Made by a program: the position numbers and the translations under genes
Part shown: one piece after another, positions 13,923-25,987 of the stretch
How positions within the stretch are numbered: position 1 is the first letter of the stretch
Layout of the letters: each line of letters opens with the position of its first letter
Assembly: GCA_951406725.2 (NCBI GenBank)
Contig: OX597821.1
Location: 98,022,001 to 98,086,000, forward strand
From: Octopus vulgaris
Lineage: Eukaryota
Length of the DNA stretch: 64,000 nt
Direction of reading: 5' to 3'
The notes under the pieces: generated by a model
What the model saw: only the letters and a program-made list of their open reading frames with translations
Database searches by the model: none
What the model was told of the DNA's origin: nothing

Positions 13923-14058
13923 AATATTCTGAATCATATTAACTCTGTTTGTCCTCATCAATTGAACACATCCGAGAACATCTACAATGCCTTCACTCTT
14001 CGCTTGCTCCATACAGTAGTCCAAGGCAACAAAGCAACCAGTACGTCCGGAGCCAGCA
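13923..14058 (-). CDS. RPTP D1 exon: (S)AGSGRTGCFVALDYCMEQAKSEGIVDVLGCVQLMRTNRVNMIQNI (PTP loop)
   Basis: tgttttag|T...ATT|gtaagt; 136 nt, phase 2-0; completes HCSAGxGRTG. Confidence 0.97.
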
Positions 14059-14689
14059 CTAAAACAATAACAATAATTATAAAAATACCTAGCAAATAGC
14101 AAACTTAATCCATCATCTCATTTCTCTTGCTGTTGTTATTATCATTGGCCAAGATTCTGACTTCAATAGATCAGAACTGGTGCATTCTGTTCGATTTCAG
14201 ACAGAAGTATGCAGCTTTTCAGCGACACTTTTCCCAGCTCTTCAGTGGAAGCAGTAAACCGTACAGTGACCTTTGATGCCTGTCACAGATCTCACCAGAG
14301 TCCTTGCAGAAAGTTCTTAACAGAAGCTTAGCAATGAAATACAGTGAGTAATTGTGAGAGGAGCATATCACTGGGTTTGGTTCGTCTGCCCTATGAGATT
14401 TATGTAAACATGACTGTTATGAATTATAATAACCTATTATTAATTCCTTTCTACAATAGTAAATATTAGATAAAAATATAGATATCTTATTTTGTATTGA
14501 GTATGAAAATGCAGCATAGTGTGTCGAATGACGTTGATAGATGGATACTGTCTTTATCTAATATAAAACAACACATCTTAATTGTTGGACAGCCGTGATT
14601 AACAGATTAGACAGCAAGCAGAAATAAAGTTTGAATAAAAGCCTTTTATGAACTGGTTTATGACAAATTTTATTCAAACTTGATTCTAA

Positions 14690-15360
14690 ATGGATGCCAA
14701 AGTGTTCAAGGAGACCCTTCTAGATGACCCAACCAAGGAAGATTATATTTACTGGAACAGATGCTACACATCTACATTGCAAAAGCAAAAGTTCTAGATG
14801 AATCTAAACTGGAGGTACTCTTAGTCCTCTGCAGAGCAAGGACCTACCTATCATCAAAGAATCTGAAACCTTCGCAGTAGCAATAGAATGCCTGGACTCA
14901 AAGTTCATAAAGAAAGGTTCAAACATAATGATGCACCACAAATTATGAACTCAAAAACAAAAAAAAAAAAACAGGTCTATAGAAAAATTTATGCCAAGCC
15001 TTCAGGTGCTGGCCAAGAAGTGTAAAATTCAAGCCCTAACAGCAGACCATTACTGAGAAATTCTAATAGGTGATACCTTTGTGGCTGAGCTTCAATCACC
15101 ATCAATCAGACAAAGACTTCTCGAGCCATCAGACAACAGCTTAGAAACAAGCTTGCTCAAACCATGGAGTTGGCCATTGAAGACACTTGCAACCTATCAC
15201 AAGGTTCAGCTGGTATCGATCAATCACCCCATCTTGCAGCCGCTAAATCAGCATGCTTTTGGTGTGGTGGACACATCCATAAAAAAAAAATAATAATGCC
15301 CGGCAAGAAACTCCACTTGTAAAAGGTGTCAGAAGAAAGGCCACTGGGAGAAAGCTTAAC
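14690..15360 (+). mobile_element. Gypsy/Ty3-type LTR retrotransposon gag relic
   Basis: LQVLAKKCKIQAL...IGDTFVAELQSPSIRQRLLE, then CPARNSTCKRCQKKGHWEKA (knuckle-like C-x2-C-x4-H); stops and frameshifts. Confidence 0.6.
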
Positions 15361-15661
15361 CTATCAAGGGTGTCCCTCTCTGCATTTCTGTATATTGTGG
15401 TTGGCCTTATGGTACTCAGTGAATTCAGTCACTTAAGCACTCTTACTGGTTCCATCCAGTAAGCCATGGCCAATGCTGGAGCAGTCCTAAGTATCAACAG
15501 TAAAAACAGCAATGACCACAACAAAGGGTATAGATTTCTCCATCAAAAATATTAACTCTTTTCCTTTTTCGGAAGAGGACTAAGTAAGCAAAGTAAACAA
15601 GATGATTAATTTTTTTTTTTTTTAATGAGGATTGAGTAAGCAAAGTAAATAAGATACTTAC

Positions 15662-15810
15662 CTACAGTGGACCAAGATTGGATCCAAACTATTTGGGTTA
15701 TAAAGTTTAACTTTACGTTTGAATATTAATAAAGAGGTTGGATGCATTGGTGCTCCATGATCTGACCAGGTGATGAAGTGAAAGTGTTTAACAATCCTTG
15801 TATTTTCATT
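15662..15810 (-). CDS. RPTP D1 exon: NENTRIVKHFHFITWSDHGAPMHPTSLLIFKRKVKLYNPNSLDPILVHC(S) (WPD-loop region)
   Basis: attccacag|AAT...TGTAG|gtaagt; 149 nt, phase 0-2. Confidence 0.96.
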
Positions 15811-16343
15811 CTGTGGAATTAGAGCAAACAGAATAGAATTTATTATGGATAGTGGATGAATGAATGAACTGATAACTGGTGGATGATTAGATAGATAGAA
15901 TGGTGGATAGATAGACAGGTGGGTGGATGGGTACTGAGGAAAACAGACAGACAGAAGCATTGATGAATTTAATGAGGTAACATTGTAACAAATCACATTA
16001 CTACTCTAACAATAAATCAATTCAAGGTGATTAGTGCCATAGTTTGACAAGAGAGCCATATTAAGTGCAAGCAGGCAAATAAATAATTTTTAGGGGAATC
16101 ACAAAGACTGATAGATAGTGAAGTTAAAATTTACAGTAAGTATCATATAGATTCGGATAATCATTGAAAACATTTTCTTTTAAATAATTCTAGTTGGTTT
16201 ATTACACAATTTATCAAATTGTTGATTTATTACAGAATCAAATCAGTGATTTGATTTTTTTTTTAATTATCATGAAAACAATGCCAATGAGTCAAGAACA
16301 TAATGGATAAGAAGAAGAGGAGTTAACACACTAGGTTACTTAC

Positions 16344-16561
16344 TCTGTTAAGTTTAAATGTTCTAATAATATAATCTGTGAAAATTGCATTATCAATATT
16401 TTCCACAATTATCTCGCCATACTTTTCAACACCGGAATCTGGCCAATATTTTTCACATTTCTTCTTACTTGCTTCAACAGTATCTGTAAGCATGACTATT
16501 TTGCAAATATTTTTCTGCCATACCATTCTCCAGAAATCTTTCAACATGGGTTTGTTAGGTC
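16344..16561 (-). CDS. RPTP D1 exon: GPNKPMLKDFWRMVWQKNICKIVMLTDTVEASKKKCEKYWPDSGVEKYGEIIVENIDNAIFTDYIIRTFKLNR
   Basis: tttgtcag|GA...AGA|gtaagt; 218 nt, phase 1-0; DFWRMVW, IVMLT and KCxxYWP motifs. Confidence 0.97.
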
Positions 16562-16849
16562 CTGACAAAAAAAAAAAAAAAGTGAAGCACATATAAAAAA
16601 AATAAAAACAATTCTTTCTTTATGTGGTGGGAAAAGTTCAAAATAACTTGCAATAACCTGGATGAGTAAAAAGAAAGGAAAAACGGGAAATAAAAATATT
16701 AGCATCAATCACTTCTTCCACTTCTTTCTTTCTGTCACATACTCACAACCTACCTCAGATCAATCAACATCATCAATGTCTGTATGTCTCTCGCTCTCTC
16801 TCATTCTCCCCCTCCCCCTATTATCATCATTACTATTCAACCACTCTTC

Positions 16850-17530
16850 ACTACCATTCACTGTTGGTGATCCTACCACTCCTTATCCATCATTCACTAC
16901 ATCCAGCCCTGAACCTTGTCCAATCTCCATACTTTTCACCTACTTTTTGCTACCTCCTCTACTTCTCATCCATTCAACATTTGTTCTTCATTCATTACAT
17001 TCACCCCTTCTCTCATTCCCTACCACTCACTCCCCTATATTCTCTTGCAACCTCAAACTACCCACACTCCCACTTCTTTGGCCACCACTCATTTCTACTC
17101 ACTTCATACCTCCAAGGATCCACAAAGACACCACATCATCACTATTTTATCTCTTCCCCATTCCATCCCAGTCACCATTCCCTCTCTTCTAAAACATGAG
17201 TAGCTATGTAGACTCTCTACAACAAGAAACCTCTTCTGCTCTGGCTTCTTATATCATGCTTTAACTCCTTAGCTCAAGTATAAACCTGCCTCTCTCAGGA
17301 TTCAGAGTCTTGCAAGCTGCATTGGCAACTTAATTAGCACCGGTAGTACACAAAACAACAGCACCTAATACATGCTGCAACGAGGTTGGCATTAAGAAAG
17401 GTATTCCACTACTACAGAAACCATGCCAAAATAGACAGAGGAGCACATGTAGTTCTAGGGCCCATTTGATCCTGTCAAACTACCCAGCCCAGCTAGTATG
17501 AAACATGGATGTTAAATAATGATGATGATG
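16850..17530 (+). mobile_element. Pyrimidine-rich interspersed repeat with RTE-type tail; second copy at about 62200-62826
   Basis: Shared block ...tctcttctaaa..atga.tag.tatgtag...caagaaacctcttctgctctgg..., followed by the family-A-type 3' end and gatgat tail. Confidence 0.6.
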
Positions 17531-18725
17531 TTGTTGCCAATGTTGTTATTGTTTTTCAGCAGTGAGTAAAACTACATGTTTCTGTTCATTTATTTTAAGT
17601 TTCTTGAGTTTCCTTTCTCATGGATGCAAAACAGTTCCATCACTCATCACAAACAGACTTGGTTAGCAGTACTTCTGTGCCCCCGTAGAGTGGGTCTTGA
17701 ACAAGAAGTGGTAACATTGCCAGGTCAGAGTTTTCAAGAAATTACCCATAGTCCTTGGGATAAAATTTTTCTAGAATAGACCAGCTAGCTGGTCCTCATT
17801 ATAGCTGAGAGTTTCCTCAAGAATATCTTCACTTTTACCTATCACTAGTCCTCTAATACTAACAAGGAAGTTCCATCAACCACATTGGTTAACTGGTAAT
17901 GAGCAGTGAGTGCCTGGCAATATTCTAGATGTCATGTACTTAGTCTTCCCCACCTCTTTTTTTTTTGGGGGGGGGGGGTTGACCCAGTACTGCATTTCTG
18001 TCAGAGACAAGCAGTAGGGAAAACGCATCTGATAAAAGGTGAGCACACCTGTTCACTGTCGGTTTACAAAGATAATTTACACATCTTTGTAAATACCACG
18101 TCTTCAGTGCATGTCTGTGCATCACCAGCTAAGACATTCTGAGCACTCAACACAGAAAGTGTTGAAAGTAAATAAACCAGCTGATCAATGGAATACAACT
18201 TTTCCATAAGAAGTGAAACAGCAAACACTTTTATCTCATTAGACAAAATCTAGGGCAAGGAATAAAGGTCAGCAAAGTAATAACAACAAAGGTAATTTAC
18301 ATATTTGCCACCTCTGTGAAACTTTTCAAGAACAGCTTTGGAATTAGATTTTACAGTTTTATTTTGTTAATTAGATTAAATTAATGAAATCTGAAGTCCT
18401 TCACTGACACCATATTTTAAAAGAGCTGAGTTAATCTCCAGAACTGGGTTTTAGAATGTTAGACATTATAAGATATCATACAACAGTTCAAAGAGACTAA
18501 TCATTCTATCTGCAAAACGGTTTGTAAAACTGGTAAAATATGATATGCGTTGAAGAAAGGCAGGAGTTTTTCTTCAACGTTACAAGCTGAATGACTGATT
18601 TAAAGAAAACTGATGGGGAAGAAGTGGCTTGGATCAAAAATGTTATAGATATAACAATGCTCTAAGAGGCAACATCAAAAGCTTTTCTCCTCAATAAATG
18701 TATCAGTATGAATAGAGACTCTTAC

Positions 18726-18762
18726 CTTGCGAAGCTACATATGCTTTTTCTCTTTTATAACC
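18726..18762 (-). CDS. RPTP D1 exon: GYKREKAYVASQ(G)
   Basis: atttcag|GGT...CAAG|gtaaga; 37 nt, phase 0-1; YIAxQGP-type motif. Confidence 0.95.
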
Positions 18763-18961
18763 CTGAAATATGAAAAAGAAGAAAGATTAAATTATCCAAA
18801 TTATCTTCAAAATACAATAGATCAAAAGTAATCTGTATTGAGATACAATGGCTGTGAGAGTTTGGTAATGGACTAATGACATTGAACAAATAGTCAACTA
18901 GGTAATAAATACATGAGGATTATCTGAAGTGGAAACAACAACAATATATTCAGAAACTTAC

Positions 18962-19038
18962 ATCAAGATATGAAGCATTAACATAATCAGAATAAGGATC
19001 TCCTGGAACCAAGTCTAAGTGAACTCGCGAATGGTCAT
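18962..19038 (-). CDS. RPTP D1 exon: YDHSRVHLDLVPGDPYSDYVNASYLD
   Basis: ctaacag|AT...GAT|gtaagt; 77 nt, phase 1-0; DxSRVxL and DYxNA motifs. Confidence 0.96.
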
Positions 19039-19158
19039 CTGTTAGAATAGATAAATACATTCAGGTAAGTTTGTATTCAGACATGCAAAACAATGATTAT
19101 TTCATATAACACACTACAAAAAGTATTTTCAAAAGACTCTTTCATTAAAGAGTGTACA

Positions 19159-19190
<32 letters not shown>

Positions 19191-19368
19191 TAAGATATAT
19201 ATATATATATATATAATTAATATAGGATAAAATTTTTTTCGGGAAAAAAATTTTATCAATGGCCAGCATATCAAAAAATGCCTTTAAAGGTAAAATTTAT
19301 ACATAATTTACAAGATAAGGGCAGAAGAAAAATTCTAATGCCAAATATGCTGAAACAATGTTTATATG

Positions 19369-19420
<52 letters not shown>

Positions 19421-20288
19421 CAATATAACATAGGTGGTGAGCTGGCAGAAACGTTTTGGTCAGCTAGGGCTATAACAGAAGTGACTAGCCCAAGCTGCAC
19501 ACATGGCTATATGGTTAAAAAATTCACTTCCCAACCATACAGTTTCAAATTCAGTCCCACTGAACAAGTGTCTTCTACTACAGACAAATACATATACAAA
19601 CAAATATATGTATACACTATACAAACGTGTGTGTGTGTGTTATATATGGTGACCTCATTTGTGCTGGTGGTTCAAAAAAGCACCTGGTGAACTCTGTAAA
19701 GGGTATCCAGTCATAGAACCTATGCCAAAGTAGACAAGGGTATGACGCAGCTCTTGGACTTGTCAAACCCTGCCAGTATTGAACATGGACATTAAATAAT
19801 GATGATATTATGGGGGGGGGTGCATGCACCTCCTCTTGTTTTGACATCATGCAATAGTTGTAAACTAGTTTCACTGCCATTTTTAGTCTTCCATGATAAT
19901 ATTCAGTGGTAAGGAAATGCTGTCTTTCTTGGAAACAAGTGAAGGCTGGCAACAGAAAGGGCATCTGGGTCATGTCCACTTAGCATCTAAAAGTAATCAT
20001 GTTGTTATCCAGGTTTAAATGAATGTGTTTCTAATACATTTCCATCTTCTTGTCCTTAGGTTCTGTATTTTAGCACAGGCCAATGATTTTGCTGTTATTT
20101 ACAGTGAATATCTCATTTTACATGTTTCTACTTGTGATTAAGGCTTAAACTCTTTTATCTCAGCATTGCAATGGCTTTCATCATTCTTTGTCCTTTTACA
20201 ATACATTACTGCTATTGTTGCAATAAGATAGTAGGGAAATGAAACACAACACAGTACTGTAGCTGGTGTAACAATAGAAGTTACTTAC

Positions 20289-20376
20289 ATGCAATAATGT
20301 CTTTATATCTATTTTTCTCTTTATTTTCTTCTCGTTGAGCTGTAGTACACATTGCTAATAGACCTTCCGGAAGTTG
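20289..20376 (-). CDS. RPTP D1 exon: QLPEGLLAMCTTAQREENKEKNRYKDIIA (pTyr-recognition loop)
   Basis: ccatctag|CAA...GCAT|gtaagt; 88 nt, phase 0-1; KNRY motif. Confidence 0.96.
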
Positions 20377-21133
20377 CTAGATGGATAAATAAATATATTG
20401 AAACATTAAAAAATATATCAGTCATCAACATCATCATCGGAGAAAAGGAATAAATCAAGCAAATCTTATGATGGAAACATCTGTGTGAAATTTCTAAGAT
20501 GAAATTGTTAGAAAGGTATATGTCTCAGAAGAAAATAAACTGTATGGGATATCATGGTAAATCTAACATGGAATTATCAGTATGCTATATATCAAAGTAT
20601 CCTGGGTAAAACATTAAACTGTAACCAGTGGTGAGGTTCCCATTTCGGAGTTTGGGGGAGTACAGAGTTGGCATTTAGTCACCATTGTTCCCTGTTCAAC
20701 TCTGGCCAGGGGTAGTCGTACCTGTCAAGAGCTACCATTATGGGTCAAACAAAAGATGATGGCTCTGTGGTTAATCTATACTAGAGTCAAAAGACTCCAG
20801 TATAGATTAACCACAAGCTATTCCTGCAGGCTGCTGCACCTATGTGATGTGTGTCACACAGACCCAGCAATGTGTGGGCATGACTTGATGTGATGTGGAC
20901 CAGTCATCCTGTCTAAGTGTTAAACAGGCCCTGTACCCCAAGAATAAGTTCAAAAGATTAACAGAATTAAATGTAAATAAATCAAGAAGGATGGAAATAT
21001 AGATTATCTTAGAATAATAACATGGTGAGATAAAACTTTAATATTCATTTACAAATACCATGACGATATCCCCTAATCGCAGTTAGGTGAACTATTATAG
21101 CCCTAAATATTGTACTGGAACTAAGTACATATA

Positions 21134-21513
21134 CTCTCTTTTACTCTTTTACTTGTTTCAGTCATTTATCGAGCCTTTTATCGAGCAACTCGACCCCGGG
21201 ACTTATTCTTTTGTAGGCCCAGTACTTATTCTATCGGTCTCTTTTGCCGAACCGCTAAGTAACGGGGACACACCAGCATCGGTTGTCAAGCAATGCTAGA
21301 GGAACAAACACAGACACACAAACACACACACGCATATATATACATATATACGACGGGCTTCTTTCAGTTTCTGTCTACCAAATCCACTCACAAGGCTTTG
21401 GCCGGCCCGAGGCTATAGTAGAAGACACTTGCCCAAGGTGCCACGCAGTGGGACTGAACCCGGAACCATGTGGTTGGTAAACAAGCTACTTACCACACAG
21501 CCACTCCTGCACC
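21134..21513 (-). mobile_element. tRNA-derived SINE (family B)
   Basis: Head gtggctgtgtggtaag...ggttcagtccc, internal TA/TG microsatellite, 3' (gtaaaaga)n tail; near-identical to copies at 35486 and 49138. Confidence 0.88.
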
Positions 21514-21780
21514 TATGTACATATATGTACATATATGCCACAAAATCTCCCTAAACTAGACATCAATATGTAATCATTATCCAAGCTTACCATCAAATGT
21601 TCAGTGGAAGGTATAACAAATATAGAAATACAATAAGATATTTTTTCTGAAGTTAATCAGAGAAAAAAGTAGATGGTAATGTTAAATTGGACAGTGTGTC
21701 AAGCCTAGCAGCTAGGGTAGAAGTGAATTTAAAATGTTTTTACCTAGCAAAATAAGTAACATTTTTGTACTTATATTTAC

Positions 21781-21971
21781 CTTGAATTCTTTCCTGAAAC
21801 CAGAAGTATTGTTGGCTTTGTTCGTTTGTATATAATTATAGAGATCTTCTATTTTAACTGGACTATTCATCTTCTTTGTATTTACATTCATGTATAATGG
21901 TTCATCTGTTTCTCCATTTTCAGATGGTTCAGGGGAAGAATGAGTTGTTGGTAATATATGACGACCATTTT
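21781..21971 (-). CDS. RPTP exon g: juxtamembrane/wedge ENGRHILPTTHSSPEPSENGETDEPLYMNVNTKKMNSPVKIEDLYNYIQTNKANNTSGFRKEFK
   Basis: atctgcag|AA...TTCAAG|gtaaat; 191 nt, phase 1-0; P-V-x-I-x-D-L...F-x-x-E-F pattern that precedes RPTP D1. Confidence 0.92.
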
Positions 21972-24394
21972 CTGCAGATATAAAAAGAGGAATAACAAAA
22001 ATTATAATAAAATATTTTTGCCATAGAATTTTTTTTTTTTTTCCAATCAAAATATTTCAGATAGATATAAATATTATGCAACAATATAATTCAGTTTGTG
22101 TGAGAAAAAATGAGTCCTATTAACCATTGAGTAATAAGGACAACATGTAAAGACAGAGTATTGAGAGGTGGGCTCAGAAAAGATATCTTTACGTAATACA
22201 TCACTCTTTAAATTACACTCGTGGCACTATTTAAACTCAACCGCACAGCACTTGTCATTGATACAGTGCTACCACTCCATCTCATGCAAGACCGAGAGCA
22301 TAGCTGTCACTGACACAGTTCAGCTAGTTTCTCAACCGATTACATGATTACATCATCATTAACAGCGACAGTAGTACTTCATAGTTGAAAAGTATCTCAA
22401 TCATTTTGTAAGGAAGATTCCAGAATACTCTGATGAGTGTTGCAATTAAGAGGGATAGGCTCTGTCAAGCTTGTTTATTGTATATGTCATACACTGCATA
22501 AAAATGGAGTTTAGGGGTAAAGTATTACTCAATGAGTTACAAGACTCACTTTGTTTCTCAAACTAGTTAAGGAAATTACTTTTCTGCTATAATTACATTC
22601 ATTAATTACAATTATATTCATTAATTAAAATATTCACACTCCATCACTAGCAATGTGTCAACTTTTCATTTATGTTTCAAGTAAGATGGAAATAACCCTA
22701 ACAAATGTTAAATATATTTTTAATCCATATGGCATATACTTTACTTTATATATCAATAAACATTCAGTTTGAACCGTTGCCAGATTCTTGCTTTTATTGT
22801 TTTGTTTTGTTTTTAAATCAACATTTAATTCATTAATATCTATTTAATGAACTGAGACTTTCAATTGATTACATTTAATGAAATAATTTTAGAGAAACAG
22901 GGATATTACCAGTTTTCATTATGGAATTTAAACTATTAGCAAAACATGAATTCTGAAAAGAAAATATCATAGCAGACACAGATTCCTCTAAAAGTCAACT
23001 CAAAATAATTCCAAATCACAAATGATGTTAAAAAATACTATATTTCATCAGAAAATAAACTTTAATGGCCATTCAGTTAATTAATTTTCTTTCTTTTCTA
23101 TACATATTTTTTTAAAGAATTAAAGAACTTAAACAGTTAGTGGATTTCTATTTTCTTTTAAACAATAGCTGTAAGATAACAGTGCTATAGTTATTGACCA
23201 CATGGTTTAGACCTTACAACTACTATCACCACGACTAATACTATTTACAGCTATTGTGTTAAATGTCCCGATGAAAGAGACATAATTTTGCTCTCTTCGT
23301 TTGCCATGGTCAATAAATTAGGTTCTCACAGTTGCCCTACTTTACAGTTAGTTAAGGTAGTTAGCAGTAATAATTGTTGGCCGACTGAAGTAAATAAGGT
23401 ACGCTTTGTTAACAAAATATTTTGCTTCCTCCAAAACATGAACAATTCATTAAAAGTAGTCAAGTGTAGCCAGTAATACATGAAAGTTAAAATGAAGAAA
23501 GAATGATACATAAAAATATGTAAGACATTACTACTGAATGTAAATACGAAATTCAAGACCAATTACAAAATTAATCATTATCCTGATGCAGGGTCCCAGC
23601 TTTATTATCAAAACTAACAGCATTTTGATTGCTCTTAATCTGATTATGTCTTCCACAACAAACTGCCTTGTTGCATACACAGGATTGGGTGTATTAAATA
23701 GTAAACTAACCAAGACCATCCAGGTGGTAGTTAAAGCTGTAACTATTAACTCAATGGTGTGACATGTCTTACCTATCTGCATTCTATCAACACTACATCA
23801 ATCAAACTGATCGGCTGTGCAACTTGAGGTACAGTCAAACCAACAAGATACACTCTACAGCTTTCATTCCACCTACTAGAAAGATTAACAAAATTTTGCT
23901 ACTCTCTTATAAAAGAAGAAAACATTGGATAATGTAGTCCCAAATACAGTGTTTGATATAAAAGAAAGTACAGGATGGTCACGGTTGGAACATCTCATCT
24001 CAGCTAAACAACTTCATGCACTAACCTCATTCTACAGACTGAATACAAAACACATTTTCCAATCCTTCCATCTTCTCGATTCGCAACTCCCTTTCAGCCT
24101 ATATTTGGCAACTTCTGTGGCCATATGGCTCAATCAATTAGATGAGCAGCTGCAGCAATGTCTACTTTCCCATGCCTGCATGGCTTCAATGAAACTTGTT
24201 GAAACAAAAGTTTTCTACAGCCAAATGCTCTTCCTGCTACCAACCTCAAGTATTTCCAAAAGCAAAGTAATAAGGTCTTTCAAACTAGTCTATGCCCAGG
24301 CAAGATTTTGTAGAAGATTGTAAACAAATGAAATCATTTGCATGAATGGTGACTTTGTTTTCAATCAGTATGCAAATGTCAAGATGAGAGGGAG

Positions 24395-24441
<47 letters not shown>

Positions 24442-24774
24442 TGGTTTTTTTTTTTATCAAAATTAAAACTGGTAGTTTGTCTCATGACTCAAGTTTCATG
24501 TCATATGATCTTCAGGGAAGATCACAGTCGAGAGACAAGCTCTCAGTTTCAATAAGACATACCTCCAACAACATGTATTGAGCACTCCTCTCATACCTCC
24601 AACATAAACTCTCTCTCACACACACACACACAGATAAGTAAATGTAAGGACGAGCAAATTAGGCACGGTGATATACAAAAAATATTAAATACATTTATTC
24701 CTCTTCCTGCTCAAGTTCAAATTTCTTGAGCACTACGGAAAGTATTCTATATAGAGAATACCTGTCTTTAATCT

Positions 24775-25083
24775 GTGCCGTGCCAGCCTCGCCACCCTCG
24801 CCTATATGCCATGCCAGCCTTGCCTGGTCTCCGTGCCGGTGGCACATAAAAAGCACCATCTGAGCATGGCCGTTCGCCAGCCTCGTCTGGCACCTGTGTC
24901 GGTGGCACATAAAAAGCACCCACTACACTCACGGAATGGTTGGCGTTAGGAAGGACATCCAGCTGTAGAAACACCGCCAGATCTGACTGGCCTGGTGCAG
25001 CCTCCGGGCTTCCCAGACCCCAGTTGAACCGTCCAACCCATGCTAGCATGGAAAGCGGACGTTAAACGATGATGATGATGATG
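24775..25083 (+). mobile_element. Family A SINE-like repeat (RTE-type tail)
   Basis: Reverse complement of 3509-3843; (gat)n tail. Confidence 0.8.
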
Positions 25084-25943
25084 ATATATATGTATACATA
25101 TATGACAGGTTTCTTACAGCTTCCATCTATCAATTTATCTCACAAGGCACTGGTCAGCTCAGGGCAATCACAAAAGGTGGATACATTGGATAATGTAGTC
25201 CCAGATATTCTATAAGGTAAATAATGTCTGAAATATCTTTGCTCACAGGTTTGCTGTATGGAAAACTGACCTGGGGCAAAGCAACAACTTTATCCAATGC
25301 TGTATCCAAGCTCTATTCCCACCAGATCAAATTCTACTAGAAGCTGTTTGATATATATACTACCTAGATAATTTTAGCAGTCTGAGAATCATGAAAATGA
25401 CTAAAAGAAAAAAGAGACAAAATTTGGCCACAGTATTGCTAGCTTATATCAAAATAAAAATTTACAAAATAAGGGAACTCATCTAAAGAAGCCAATGGAA
25501 TGGTAAGAGTACTTACAAAGTTGGAGAATGTCAAGAGAAATAATCAAACAAAAGAAAAAAACATGTCAACAAATACAGGCTTAAAGAAACAACAATCCAT
25601 GGAAAGTAATTGATTAATTAGACTACTAATTTGAACTGTTATTACACAGGAATTGGGGAATTTTGAACAGTATGCTAGTTCAAAGTGTAAGTTCTGTCTC
25701 ATTCATTATTGGCAAAATGTAGCAGAATAACAATTTACATTCATCTACAGCATAAAGCTTTGTCAGTGAGCAGGTCGCGGTCTCAAAGCGGCGAAAATAT
25801 TTTGACAAATTAAATTTAAATGTTGAAGTGAATCTGACAGTTTTGTGTGTTTCTTAAATGGCTTATAAACACCTTCCACGCTGCAGTTGTTTTCGTTCCA
25901 GCACATCTCAGATCAAGTCACTTGCTATGCAAGTACATCTCCG

Positions 25944-25987
<44 letters not shown>

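Noticed and set aside
16662-17203. Long P/S/H/L-rich ORFs (also 61974-62501)
   Set aside because: Low-complexity pyrimidine-rich repeat body, antisense to the gene, with no domain signal.
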